Positions 11,205 to 21,112 of a DNA stretch of 64,000 nt are shown one piece after another. The translations under genes and the position numbers were made by a program. Positions within the stretch are counted from its first letter, which is position 1. Each line of letters opens with the position of its first letter. The notes beneath the pieces were generated by a model, which worked only from the letters and a program-made list of their open reading frames with translations, did no database searches and was not told the DNA's origin. The stretch is from Mobula hypostoma (lineage: Eukaryota), in NCBI RefSeq assembly GCF_963921235.1, contig NC_086097.1:159156001-159220000 (forward strand), written 5' to 3'.

Positions 11205-12549
11205 CAACGATGTGCTTATCCAGCTATTTGTACTGGGACAATGCTCTCATCCAAGAATAAAGGAAAAATTGCCAGATAACATGTTGCAGTACTTTGTTAG
11301 AGAAAACGACATGTTCTGACTCAACCTTCCCAATTTCTTATTCCTATTTACATCTTTATTGTTCTAATGTCTCCACCCTGCCATTTTTATATTCTCGCCC
11401 AAATTTTAATCTGTATACATACAATATATTCCATACCTCTTTCACAAAATGCACCAAATTAATCTATTGTTAGTTCCCCATTATCTGAAGTTATAACCCA
11501 AACATCGCAGCTACAGAGAAACTATTACATCAGCAGTTCACATCACAGAGAAGCCATTTCATTAGCCTTAGCAGTTAACATTACTGAGAACCCTACATTA
11601 TTCTTTCCTATGTTCCAAGCTTGCAGTCATTACCCAAGTTTCTTTGTGATGAGCAGAGTTGAGAATGAGAGAAATGTTAATGTTGGGGTTAGCAAGGTTT
11701 ACTTTTGCAAAGTCATTAATTCTGAGATGGTATCAGCATGACAGTGCTACAATGCTAGTCAATGGGCATGCAAGGAGAGTGATGAAGTCTGGGTTTAAAA
11801 ATAATTTATGCTTTATTTCAGGCAGCACCTGGTAATCAAGTCTGCACTTAACAACATTCAGAATGGAATTTGGTATAAAATTGATTCTGGACATAAAGTT
11901 CCATAAGGTGTGGGGACCTTTTCTTGATTATTTTCATAACTCCTCTTTAGATTAAAGGTTTATCTTCATTTTTTTCCAGTGATTTAGTCCCTTACATCCA
12001 GTTTTCTTTTCTGATTAATTTTTATGTTTTTTATGATGTGAAATATATTATAGTTTAGGTAGTAGGCAATACACTTTTTTATATTCACAGCTCTGTGGCA
12101 ACAAAAGCTCTGATAAACTTTTCTTTATATCGTAATGGTTGGCTTCGAGTGCGTAGTGGGAGGGTGGGGTGGGAACTAACTTTATATGATTTTATTTTGG
12201 GTGCTTTTTCTTTACTGTTATCAATTGTACATCAGACATGTTGGTTTTGCACTGTATAACTCTCCTTTTTGTTGGTGGGTTTTTTTTGTTCCAATGTAGA
12301 AATTCATTAAAAAATTAATTTAAAAATCGATTCTTTATTTAGGAAATAGATTCCTTTTCTAATTCCTGTGCTCTAAACAGTTTGTTAACAATCAGCACAC
12401 AAAAAAGAGCACAAGCCCTTTTTTAATGTGCAAAGATAATTTATGACTGTGGCACTCAAGCTGATTATTAACCACCTTGAGTATTGAAGTTTCTTGGCAA
12501 TTTTCTAACAATACATAATTTCTGTCATTGCTTTAGGAGGTGAATGAGA

Positions 12550-13320
12550 TCATAGGAATGCAAGAAATAGAAGCAGATCTAGGCCACTTGGTCCCTTGTG
12601 CTTCCTCCAACGTTCAATCAGATCATGGCTAATCATTTAGTTCAGTGCCATTTTCCTGCGTTAATCCCATATCCCTTGATTTCTTTAATACCCAAGCATC
12701 AATCTCTGTCTTGAATTTATTCAGTAACTGAGCCTCCACAGTCCTCTTTGGTGAAGAACTGTAAAGATTTACTCTTTTATGGGTGAAGAATTCTTTCTCA
12801 TCTGTGACCTGAGTGGCCTACTCCTTTTTTTGAAATTGTGGCCATTGGTTTAAGCGTCTCAGCCAGGGGAAATATCAGAAGAACATTATTGAATCTGCAT
12901 TTTCTCTGTTGACCTGTGTAAGAATATTGTTTGTTTTTAATGATAATACTTCTCATTCCTTTAAATTCAAGAGTGTACAGACTCATCACAAATCTCTTCT
13001 CATAGGACAATCTCCCTTCCCAGGAGTCATTCTGATTAATCTCAATAAGAAGTATAATATTCCTTAGGAAGTGAGACCAGAACTGTACACAATACTCCAA
13101 ATGTGGTCTCACTAGTTACAAGGGCAAAAGCAAATCCTCTTCAGTAAAAACGAAAGAATGATGTTTTGTTTCCTAATTACTTGCATGGTATTTTTCAGTT
13201 ATTCATGTGCAAGGAAACCCACTTCTCTTTATTATCATTTTGTTATCTCTCATCATTAAAAACAAATCAATATTTCAAAGATTGCTGCCAAAATAGAAGG
13301 CCTCACACTTTTTTGGTATT
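12550..13320 (-). mobile_element. CR1 LINE 3' fragment
   Basis: ORF 12798-13112 'RPHLEYCVQFWS', plus a CR1-type 3' UTR. Confidence 0.85.
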
Positions 13321-13379
13321 ATATTCCATCTACTCTGTTTTCCAATTCAGTTAGCCCCATGCAGGCTCTAATCTGCTCC

Positions 13380-14317
13380 ATCCTCACCTCAGATTCTCTT
13401 ACTATTATCTTTTATGCTAATTCCTGCACACTGACCATTGATTTAACCAGTTAAACCAGCTCAAAGGGAGATAAAGACCTGGCCAGAAGGGGCAACCTCA
13501 GCATTGCGGGGCAATTTTAAAAACACAGAATTAAACATGTTCAGGAAGGCAGCTACCTACGACGATCGTATTAACATCAATGAATATACGAGACCTGTGA
13601 CTGGCTATATAGAGAAATGCATTGAGGACATCACTGTTATTAAATACATCTGTGTGAGAGCAAATCTGAAGCCATGACTGAGAGCAGAGGTGCGGACACT
13701 GCTAGAAGATCTGAATGCTGCCTTTCAGATTGAAGGAAAAGACAGGTTTCAGGTTAGCAAGAGCTCTGTTTTCCCATGCCATCAGGAAGATAAAACCGAA
13801 TTATTCTCAGAGAATATGCAGCCATTTCTGTGACACCAGGGATGTGAGGCACATATGGCTGGGCATTCAGACTATAAGACGTCCACCCTATGCGTCAATG
13901 ACAGCGATGCTTCTGTTCCTGAAAGGTTGAATGTCTTTCCCACCTGGTTTGATGTACGGAATAAGGTGCTGATGAGGAAGGCCCCTCCTCCCCCAGGGAG
14001 CAGGCACTCTGTCTGGCCGCAGCTGACATGAGGTGGACCCTAGCCAAGGTCAGCCCATGTAAACAGGGCCTGATAATGTACCTGCTTGGGTGCTGAGGGT
14101 CTGTGCAGCATAACTAACATAGGTTCGAACCTCTCGTCCACTGCACTTGCAGGCTTCAAGGTAGCCACTATCATCCCAGTGCCCAAGAGGGTGACAATAA
14201 CCAGCCTCAACAACTACTGTCCAGTGGCAATGACCTCAACAATAATGAAGTGCTTTGAGAGGCTGGTTATAGATCAATCCCATCTTCCTGTAATTTTGGA
14301 CACTTTCCAGTTTGCTT
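13380..14317 (+). mobile_element. Rex1/Babar LINE, 5' portion (continues at 23863)
   Basis: ORF 14086-14334 '[45 protein letters not shown]'. Breaks at the QFA motif. Confidence 0.82.
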
Positions 14318-15698
14318 CTAATAGACTGTGTTAAGGAGTCGGAGCTGAGACTGGATGAACTCCAGATCACTCAGGAGGCTGATAAACAGGACACATAGAG
14401 TGGTCGTAATACCCAAGGTGCAGGATACAGGAAACTGGATGATAGCCAGGAAGGGGAAAGGGGTTAAGGAGCCATTGAAGAGTACCCCTGGGGACATCCC
14501 CCTCAGCAACAGGTATATCACCTTGGATACTGTTGGGGAGATGATCTAACAGAGGAAAGTCACAGTGGTCGGGTCTCTGGCACTGAGTTTGCCTCTGTGA
14601 CTCAGAAGGGATAGAGGGGAGAAGGGGTACACTGTGGTGATAGGGGATACGTTAGTTAGCGGAACAGACAGAAGGTTCCGTGGGCGAGAATGAGATACCC
14701 GGATGACATGTTGCCTCCCGGGTGCCAGAGTCCTGGAAATCTCAGCTCAAGTCCTCAGCATTCTTAAGTTGGAGGACAAGCAGCCAGAAGTCGTGGTCCA
14801 TGTGGGTACCAATGACATGGGCAGGATGAGTGATGAGGTTCTGCATAGGGATTTCAGGGAGTTAGGTGCTAAGTTAAAGGGCAGGACCTCCAGGGTTGTG
14901 ATATCAGGATTGCTACCCATGCCACGTGCTTGGGAGTCCAGAACTAGGAAGATTATACAGTTTAATACGTAGCTAAGGAGTTGGTGTAGAAGGGAGGGCA
15001 TAAGATCTTTGGATCATTGAGCTCTTTCCAGGGAAGGTAGGACCTGTACAGAAAGGAAAACTTGCACCTGAACAGGAGGGAAACTAATATCCTAGCGGGA
15101 AGGTTTGCTAATTCTAGATGGTGGGGTTTAAACTCAAGTTGCAGGGGGCTGGGAACCAGAGCGCCAGAACAGTTAGTGGAGAGGTTGTGGAGGCAGATGT
15201 TGGTAATATCTCAGACAAAATTAGGAAGCAAAAGGCTGAGCATGGTGCAACTTGTGTCCTGAGCTGCACATACTTCAATGCAAGAAGTATCGCAGGAAAG
15301 GTGGATAATAGTGCTAAAGAAGAGGAAGCTGATTTACAAGCAGAGGCAATTAGTGTAGTGAAGAGAGGCCGTTAATAGGGCAAAACTGTAGTCAGCAGGA
15401 TGAAGTGCAACGTAAAAGGTGGACAAAATCGAAAATGGTGAATACAGGACTGAAGGTGTTATATTTGAATGCGCGCAGAATATGGAATACGGTATATGAA
15501 CTTATAGCACAATTGAACTTTGGCCGGTATAATGTTGTAGGCATCACTGAATCACGGCTGAAAGAAGGTTATAGTTGGGTGCTTAAAACCCAAAGATGCA
15601 CATTGAATCGAAAGGGCAGGCAGAAAGGCAGAGGGGGCGGTGTTGCTCTGTTAGTGAAAAATGAAATCAAATCATTAGAAAGAGGTGACGTATGGTTG
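14318..15698 (+). mobile_element. CR1 LINE ORF1 (SGNH esterase) and start of the ORF2 AP endonuclease, decayed
   Basis: 'CCLPGARV...VVVHVGTNDMG' (14703-14972); 'LYLNARRI..VVGITES..GRGGGVALLVK' (15405-15701). Resumes at 20157 after the Gypsy. Confidence 0.9.
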
Positions 15699-15928
15699 TG
15701 ATGCACCTTCAATTACTCCAAAAGACGGGAAGTAGGGTAAATACTGAAAGGCTTTTACTCACAGTAAAATGTGACCTCCATGCTGAGTGTCTGCCCCTGG
15801 ACTGAGGGGGAGGAGCAATGGCGAAATCACCTTTATTCAGGGCTCTGTGGGAGGAGCCACAGGGGCAGTCAGCAGAGGGGCGTGTCCAGACAGTTAACCC
15901 AGTTACAACATATATATGGTTTACCACA
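15699..15928 (-). repeat. 3' LTR of the Gypsy element
   Basis: Direct repeat of 19934-20151 (roughly 90% identity by eye, plus a ~14-bp indel). Reads TGTGGT...ATCA on the minus strand. Confidence 0.95.
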
Positions 15929-15948
15929 TTCACCCCTCCTTTTTTTTT
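15929..15948 (-). other. Polypurine tract
   Basis: Minus strand aaaaaaaaaggaggggtgaa lies immediately before the 3' LTR. Confidence 0.85.
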
Positions 15949-15997
15949 AAAGAGTCCCGTGGGGTGAAGTGACTGACAATATTTAAAACAAGTATAT

Positions 15998-17455
15998 TTA
16001 CAGGTCAGGTCTTGGCGGTCGAGTCCGTCGCTGTGATCTACGTAGCACCAGCGGTGATTGCACCAGCGATGGCGGTTGTGCTGGCTCCGGCCTGACTTGA
16101 GGTGTCAGCACGTTAGGCGTCGGTAATCCCTCATGCATGTGTGTCGCGCCCGGTATGGGAGTATTGTGGGGTGTCTGTGTAGGGCTTGGAGTGCGCAGTG
16201 TCTCGTAGGTACATACATTTGTGGGTACGGGGTCAATAGTCACCACGGAGTGTTCAGGGTAGGGGCCCGGAGCTCCTGCAGGCGCCAGGTCGCGGATGGA
16301 GACCGTGTCCTCCCGCCCATCAGGTAAAACCACATAGGCATGCTGGGAGTTCGCATGAAGTAAGTGAACCCTCTCGACCATCGGGGAGTATTTACTGCTC
16401 CTCGCATGTTTCCGGAGCAGCACTGGCCCCGGGGACGTCAGCCAAGATGGTAGGGTGGTTCCAGTGGTCGACTTTCTGGGAAAAGAAAAAAGTCGCTCAT
16501 GAAGGGTGGCATTGGTGGACGTGCATAACAGGGAGCGGATGGAGTGGAGTGCCTCGGGAAGGACCTCCTGCCAGCAGGAGACCGGCAGTCCCTTTGACCT
16601 GAGGGCTAGGAGTGTGGCTTTCCACACCATGGCATTCTCCTTCTCCACCTGTCCATTCCCCCGGAGATTATAGCTCGTGGTCCTACTAGTTGCAATTCCC
16701 TTAGCCAGCAGGTATTGGCGCAGCTCGTCACTCATAAATGAGGACCCTCTGTCACTGTGGATATGGCATGGGTATCCAAACAGAGTGAAGAGCTTGCGCA
16801 GGGCTTTTATAACTGACGTGGTAGTGGTGTCGGGGCAGGGGATGGCGAAGGGGAACCGCGAGTACTCACCGATAACGTTAAGAAAGTACACATTGCGGTC
16901 GGTGGAGGGAAGGGGGCCCTTAAAGTCAACACTCAGTTGCTCAAAGGGGCGGGTGGCCTTGATTAGTTGTGCTTTTTCGGGTCGGTAGAAGTGCGGTGTG
17001 CACTCTGCGCAGACTTGGCAGTCCCTGGTCATCGTCCTGATCTCTTCAAGGGAGGAAGGCAGGTTCCGGGCTTTAACGAAGTGGAAAAACCAGGTGAACA
17101 CTGGTTGGCAAAGATTTACATGTAGGGCGTATAGTCGGTTGATCTGCGCGCTGGCGCACTTTCCCCGGGATAGGGCATTGGCGGGCTTGTTGAGCTTTCC
17201 AGGCCTGTACATGATGTCATAGTTGAAGGTGGAGAGTTCAATTCTCCACCTCAGAATTTTATCGTTTTTGATTTTGCCCCGCTGTTGGTTACTAAACATG
17301 AATGCGACTGAGCGCTGGTCAGTTAGCAGGGTGATCGTTTTGACGGCGAGATAGTGTCTCCAGTGCCTAATAGATTCCACTATGGCCTGAGCCTCTTCCT
17401 CCATCGCGGAGTGCTGAATTTCAGGGCCTTGAAGGGTACGGGAGAAGAACGCCAC
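15998..17455 (-). CDS. Gypsy pol C-terminal part: RNase H end plus integrase (485-aa open frame)
   Basis: 'AFFSRTL..EEEAQAIVESIRHWRHYL..LLTDQRS', 'CQVC', 'LSVDFKGP', 'HSDRGSSF', 'NGQVEKEN'. Confidence 0.9.
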   Translation of the reverse strand: MAFFSRTLQGPEIQHSAMEEEAQAIVESIRHWRHYLAVKTITLLTDQRSVAFMFSNQQRGKIKNDKILRWRIELSTFNYDIMYRPGKLNKPANALSRGKCASAQINRLYALHVNLCQPVFTWFFHFVKARNLPSSLEEIRTMTRDCQVCAECTPHFYRPEKAQLIKATRPFEQLSVDFKGPLPSTDRNVYFLNVIGEYSRFPFAIPCPDTTTTSVIKALRKLFTLFGYPCHIHSDRGSSFMSDELRQYLLAKGIATSRTTSYNLRGNGQVEKENAMVWKATLLALRSKGLPVSCWQEVLPEALHSIRSLLCTSTNATLHERLFSFPRKSTTGTTLPSWLTSPGPVLLRKHARSSKYSPMVERVHLLHANSQHAYVVLPDGREDTVSIRDLAPAGAPGPYPEHSVVTIDPVPTNVCTYETLRTPSPTQTPHNTPIPGATHMHEGLPTPNVLTPQVRPEPAQPPSLVQSPLVLRRSQRRTRPPRPDL

Positions 17456-18340
17456 TGGTCTTCCTGCCTGGTTGAGGGTAGCAGCCAGCGCAAAGTCGGA
17501 GACGTCACTCTCTACTTAGAAGGGAATGGCCTCATCCACCGCATGCATTGCTGCTTTGGCAATGTCCCCTTTTATGCGGCTGAAGGCTGCACGGGCCTTG
17601 GCTTAGAGAGGGAATGTGGTGGACTTGACCAGGGGGCGGGCCTTGTCCGCGTAGTTAGAGACCCATTGGGCGTAATATGAAAAGAAGCCCAGGCACCTTT
17701 TGAGGGCTCTGAGGGTGTTGGGAAGAGGGAGTTCCAACAGGGGGCGCATACAGTCGGGGTCAGGGCCAATGACACCATTCTCCACGACACACCCAAGGAT
17801 AGCAAGTTGGGTGGTCCCGAACACACACTTGTCCTTGTTATAGGTGAGATTGAAAGCTTTGGCCGCTTGGAGAAATTTTTGGAGGTTGTTGTCATGATCC
17901 TGCCGGTCGTGACCGCAGATGGTGATGTTATCCAGATATGGGAACGTGGCCTTCAGTTGGCACTAGTCCACCATCCCATCCATTGCCCTCTGGAAGACTG
18001 ATACACCATTCATGACACCGAAGGGGACGCGCAGGAAGTGTTAAAACTTGCCATCCGCCTCGAAGGCAGTGTAAGGGCGGTCCTCCCGGAGGATGGGGAG
18101 CTGATGGTAAGCGGATTTTAGGTCTATGGTCGAGTACACCTTGTACTGTGCTATCTGATTGACCATATCCGCGATGCAGGGTAGAGGGTACATGTCGAGT
18201 TGCGTGAACCTATTGATGGTCTGGCTATAGTCCACGACCATCCTATTTTTCTCCCCGTTCTGAACAATGACCACCTGCGCCCTCCAAGGACTTGTGCTTG
18301 CCTCAGTGATCCCCTCCCTGAGCAGCCGTTACACCTCTAA
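17456..18340 (-). pseudogene. Gypsy reverse transcriptase / RNase H start, disrupted
   Basis: 'RMVVDYSQTINRFT..YPLP..STIDLKSAYHQ..YTAFEA' (18041-18274, then a stop); FPYLDNITICG at ~17910-17944; 'LKRCLGFFSYYAQW' (17603-17824). Confidence 0.9.
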
Positions 18341-18341
18341 C

Positions 18342-19037
18342 TTAATGAAGGCTCTTGTCCCCCGTGCTGTACCTCCTGCTTTTAGCTGCCACACGTTTAC
18401 AGTCGGGGGTCAGGTTGGCGAACAGCGGTGGGGGAGGGATCTTGAGGGTGGAGAAGCCACAAGAGGTGTCAGTAGTGTGGCAATTGGCATGGTGTTGGGT
18501 GGGATGTGCGGGTCGGTGTGTGTGTGTGGTCAGTAGCAGGGTATGTGACGTATTCCGACAAAACTGGGGATTTACGACAGTGATTGGTGGGAGGGGCCCA
18601 TCATACTCCATTGTCACGCTTTTCAAGTGGCTCTGGAAGTCGAGCCCCAATAGCACAGGGGCACACAGTTGAGGCATGACCAGTAACGTAAAGTCTCGAT
18701 ATTCTGTGCCCTGCACCACTAGCATCTCTACACAACCCCCCCCCCCGGAAGCCATGGCGACCCTCTGACTTACCGGCCATATCATGAGTCCACAATGCTG
18801 CACCGTGGCCGGGTGGATAAAACTCTCCGTGGTGCCCGTGTCAAACAGGCAGCTTGTCCTGCGCCCCTCCACCAGGATGCCCATCATTGACCTTGCGAGC
18901 TGGTGGGGAGCGCTTTGGTCAAGGGTCACTGAGGCCAGGGTTGGTTCGCTGTCTTGGTCCGGCGCGGTGGGATGCCCCATGAGCACCCGTTGGTCGTAGG
19001 CGGTGGGAGGTGGCGCCGACAAGATGGCCGCCCCCAT
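18342..19037 (-). CDS. Gypsy aspartic protease region
   Basis: 'SCLFDTGTTESFI' and 'PVLLGLDFQ'. In a different frame from gag. Confidence 0.85.
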   Translation of the reverse strand: MGAAILSAPPPTAYDQRVLMGHPTAPDQDSEPTLASVTLDQSAPHQLARSMMGILVEGRRTSCLFDTGTTESFIHPATVQHCGLMIWPVSQRVAMASGGGGCVEMLVVQGTEYRDFTLLVMPQLCAPVLLGLDFQSHLKSVTMEYDGPLPPITVVNPQFCRNTSHTLLLTTHTHRPAHPTQHHANCHTTDTSCGFSTLKIPPPPLFANLTPDCKRVAAKSRRYSTGDKSLH

Positions 19038-19908
19038 GTCTCACACGTGGTGGCGGCAGGCAAGATGGCAACCCCCATGTCTTGCATGTGGTGGCAGCGT
19101 GCAGGGAAGATGGCAGCAGGCAAGATGGCGACCCCCATGTCTCGTACGCGGTGCTGCTCGATCCCGCTTGCGTTTTGGACTTATGGACCTTGGCGAAGTG
19201 GCCCTTCTTTCCGCAGCTGGAGCAGGTAGCTTCTCGGGCCGGGCAGCATTTCCGGGGGTGCTTCTCAAGTCCACAGAAGTAGCACTTCGCGGACTCGTAA
19301 CTGGCAGCAGCCGAGGTCGAACCGCAGGTGGGTTGCGGGGTCTGCGGCGCCCATGAGGCCATCGGGGGATTGCATGCCTGGAGAGCCTCAGAGTTATGCA
19401 GAGCGGCCTCCAGCATGTCAGCCAGCTTGATCGCCGAACTTAAGGTAAGATCAGCTTTTTCCAACAGCTGCTGGCGCACATACACTGACCTGGTCCCCGT
19501 GACGAAGGCGTCTCTCACTAGGAGCTCTGCATGCTGTCCTGCCGTCAGCCCCTGGCAATCGCAGGCCCGCACGAGTGTCTGTAGTGCCCGGAAAAACTCA
19601 GCACTTGATTCCCCAGGCCGCTGGTGCTGAGTCGCTAAGTGATGCCGCGCGTAGCCGGTGTTTACCGGCCGCACGTCTTGTCCTTTGAGTGCGCTCATCG
19701 CGCCGTCGTAGCTCGGCCGGTCTCTGATCATCGAGTAGACCCGTGGACTGACCCTGGAGAGTAGAACTCTGCGCTTCGCTGTGGGATCGGTCGCTTCAGT
19801 CGCCTCCAGGTATGATTCGAAGCAGGCCAGCCAGAGTTCGAAAGCGTTTCCAGCTTCAGGTGTTTGCGGGTCGAGGTCTAACTTGTCGGTTCTCAGGGTA
19901 CGTTCCAT
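18919..19908 (-). CDS. Gypsy Gag with two zinc knuckles
   Basis: 'QRPGES..FFRAL', 'VRDAFVTG', 'CYFCGLEKH..CPAREATCSSCGKKGHFAKV'. The ATG lies ~25 nt after the 5' LTR. Confidence 0.9.
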   Translation of the reverse strand: MERTLRTDKLDLDPQTPEAGNAFELWLACFESYLEATEATDPTAKRRVLLSRVSPRVYSMIRDRPSYDGAMSALKGQDVRPVNTGYARHHLATQHQRPGESSAEFFRALQTLVRACDCQGLTAGQHAELLVRDAFVTGTRSVYVRQQLLEKADLTLSSAIKLADMLEAALHNSEALQACNPPMASWAPQTPQPTCGSTSAAASYESAKCYFCGLEKHPRKCCPAREATCSSCGKKGHFAKVHKSKTQAGSSSTAYETWGSPSCLLPSSLHAATTCKTWGLPSCLPPPRVRHGGGHLVGATSHRLRPTGAHGASHRAGPRQRTNPGLSDP

Positions 19909-19917
19909 GCTTTAAAA

Positions 19918-19932
19918 TTACTGCGAATAAAA
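19918..19932 (-). promoter_or_regulatory. PBS-position segment complementary to the element's own LTR (candidate self-priming site)
   Basis: Plus-strand ttactgcgaataaaa (19918-19932) is a 14/15 inverted repeat of ttttatttgcagtaa (19988-20002) inside the 5' LTR. There is no TGG tRNA-type PBS. Confidence 0.65.
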
Positions 19933-19933
19933 T

Positions 19934-20151
19934 TGATACACCATCAATAACTGCAAAAGACTAGAAGTAGGGTAAATACTGAAAGGTTTTTATTTGCAGT
20001 AAAATGTGACCTCCATGCTGAGTGTCTGCCCCTGGACTGAGGAAGAGGAGCAATGGCGAAATCGCCTTTATTCAGGGAACTGTGGGAGGAGCCACAGGGG
20101 CATGTCCAGACCGGTAACCCAGATACACATATATATATATGGATTACCACA
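19934..20151 (-). repeat. 5' LTR of the Gypsy element
   Basis: Direct repeat of 15699-15928. Contains two AATAAA motifs and a TCAGT initiator-like motif on the minus strand. Confidence 0.95.
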
Positions 20152-20156
20152 GGTTG

Positions 20157-21110
20157 TAAGGTGCTGAATCATTGTAGATAGTGCTAAGGAAATGCAAAGG
20201 TAAAAAGACGCTGACATGAGTTGTATACAGGTTCCTAAACAGTAGTAGGAATATGGCCTACAAATTACATCAGGAAACTGAAAACTCATGCCAAAGGGAC
20301 AGTTACAGTAGTCATGCGTGACTTCGATATGGAGGTTGATGCTGGATTCCAGGAGGGAAAATAAGGTTGGTGCTGGGTTCCAGGAGAGGGAATTTGTAGA
20401 ATGCCTACAAGATGGTGTTTTAGAGTAGCTTGTGGTTGAGTTCACTAGAGGATCAGCTATTCTGGATTAGGTATTGTGCATTGAACCAAACTGCTTGGAG
20501 ACCTTAAAGTAAAAGAATCCTTGGGGTAAGTGATCATAATATGATCAAATTCGCCTGAAATTTGAGATGGAGAATCTAAAGTCAGATGCATCAGTATAAT
20601 AGTGGAGTAATTGGAATTACAGAGGCATGAGACAGGAGTTGGCCAGAATTGATTGGAAAAGAACACTGGCAGAGATGATGGCAGAGCAACAATGGCTGGA
20701 ATTTCTGGAAGTAATTCGGAAGGCACAGGATATATATATACATCCCAAAGAGGAAGAAGTATTCTAAAGGTAAGATAACACAACTATGGCTAACAAGGAA
20801 AGTCAAAGCCAACATAAAAGCCAAAAAAAAAGGCATATAATAGAACAAAAATTAGTGGGAATTTAGAGGATTGGGAAGCTTTTAAAAACCAACAGAAGGC
20901 AACTAAAATGTCATTAAGAAGGTAAAAATGGAATACAAAAGTAAGCTCACCAATTATATTAAAAAGGATACCAAAAGTTTCCTTAGATACACGAAGCGTA
21001 AAAGAGAGGAGAGGATGGATATTGGTCCTCTTGAGAGGTAATAATGGGGGCCAAGGAAATGGCAGACGAACTGTATAAGTATTTTGCATCAGTCTTCACT
21101 TTGGAAGACA
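20157..21110 (+). mobile_element. CR1 ORF2 endonuclease/linker, continuing after the Gypsy
   Basis: gacttcgatat.., attctggattaggtattgtgca, agtgatcataatatgat (SDHN motif), ...tattttgcatcagtcttcact. Confidence 0.85.
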
Positions 21111-21112
21111 TT

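Larger units (their letters stand above)
15699..20151 (-). mobile_element. Structurally complete Gypsy LTR retrotransposon (4453 bp; Mag-like double zinc-knuckle gag), pol disrupted
   Basis: Two LTRs with TG...CA ends; 5-bp TSD GGTTG at 15694-15698 and 20152-20156; gag-PR-RT-RH-IN order; PPT next to the 3' LTR. Confidence 0.96.

Noticed and set aside
12130..12330. Possible L1/Tx1-like 3' end (G-rich tract, T-rich UTR, A-rich tail)
   Set aside because: No coding remnant or clear TSD, so it could not be supported as a feature.
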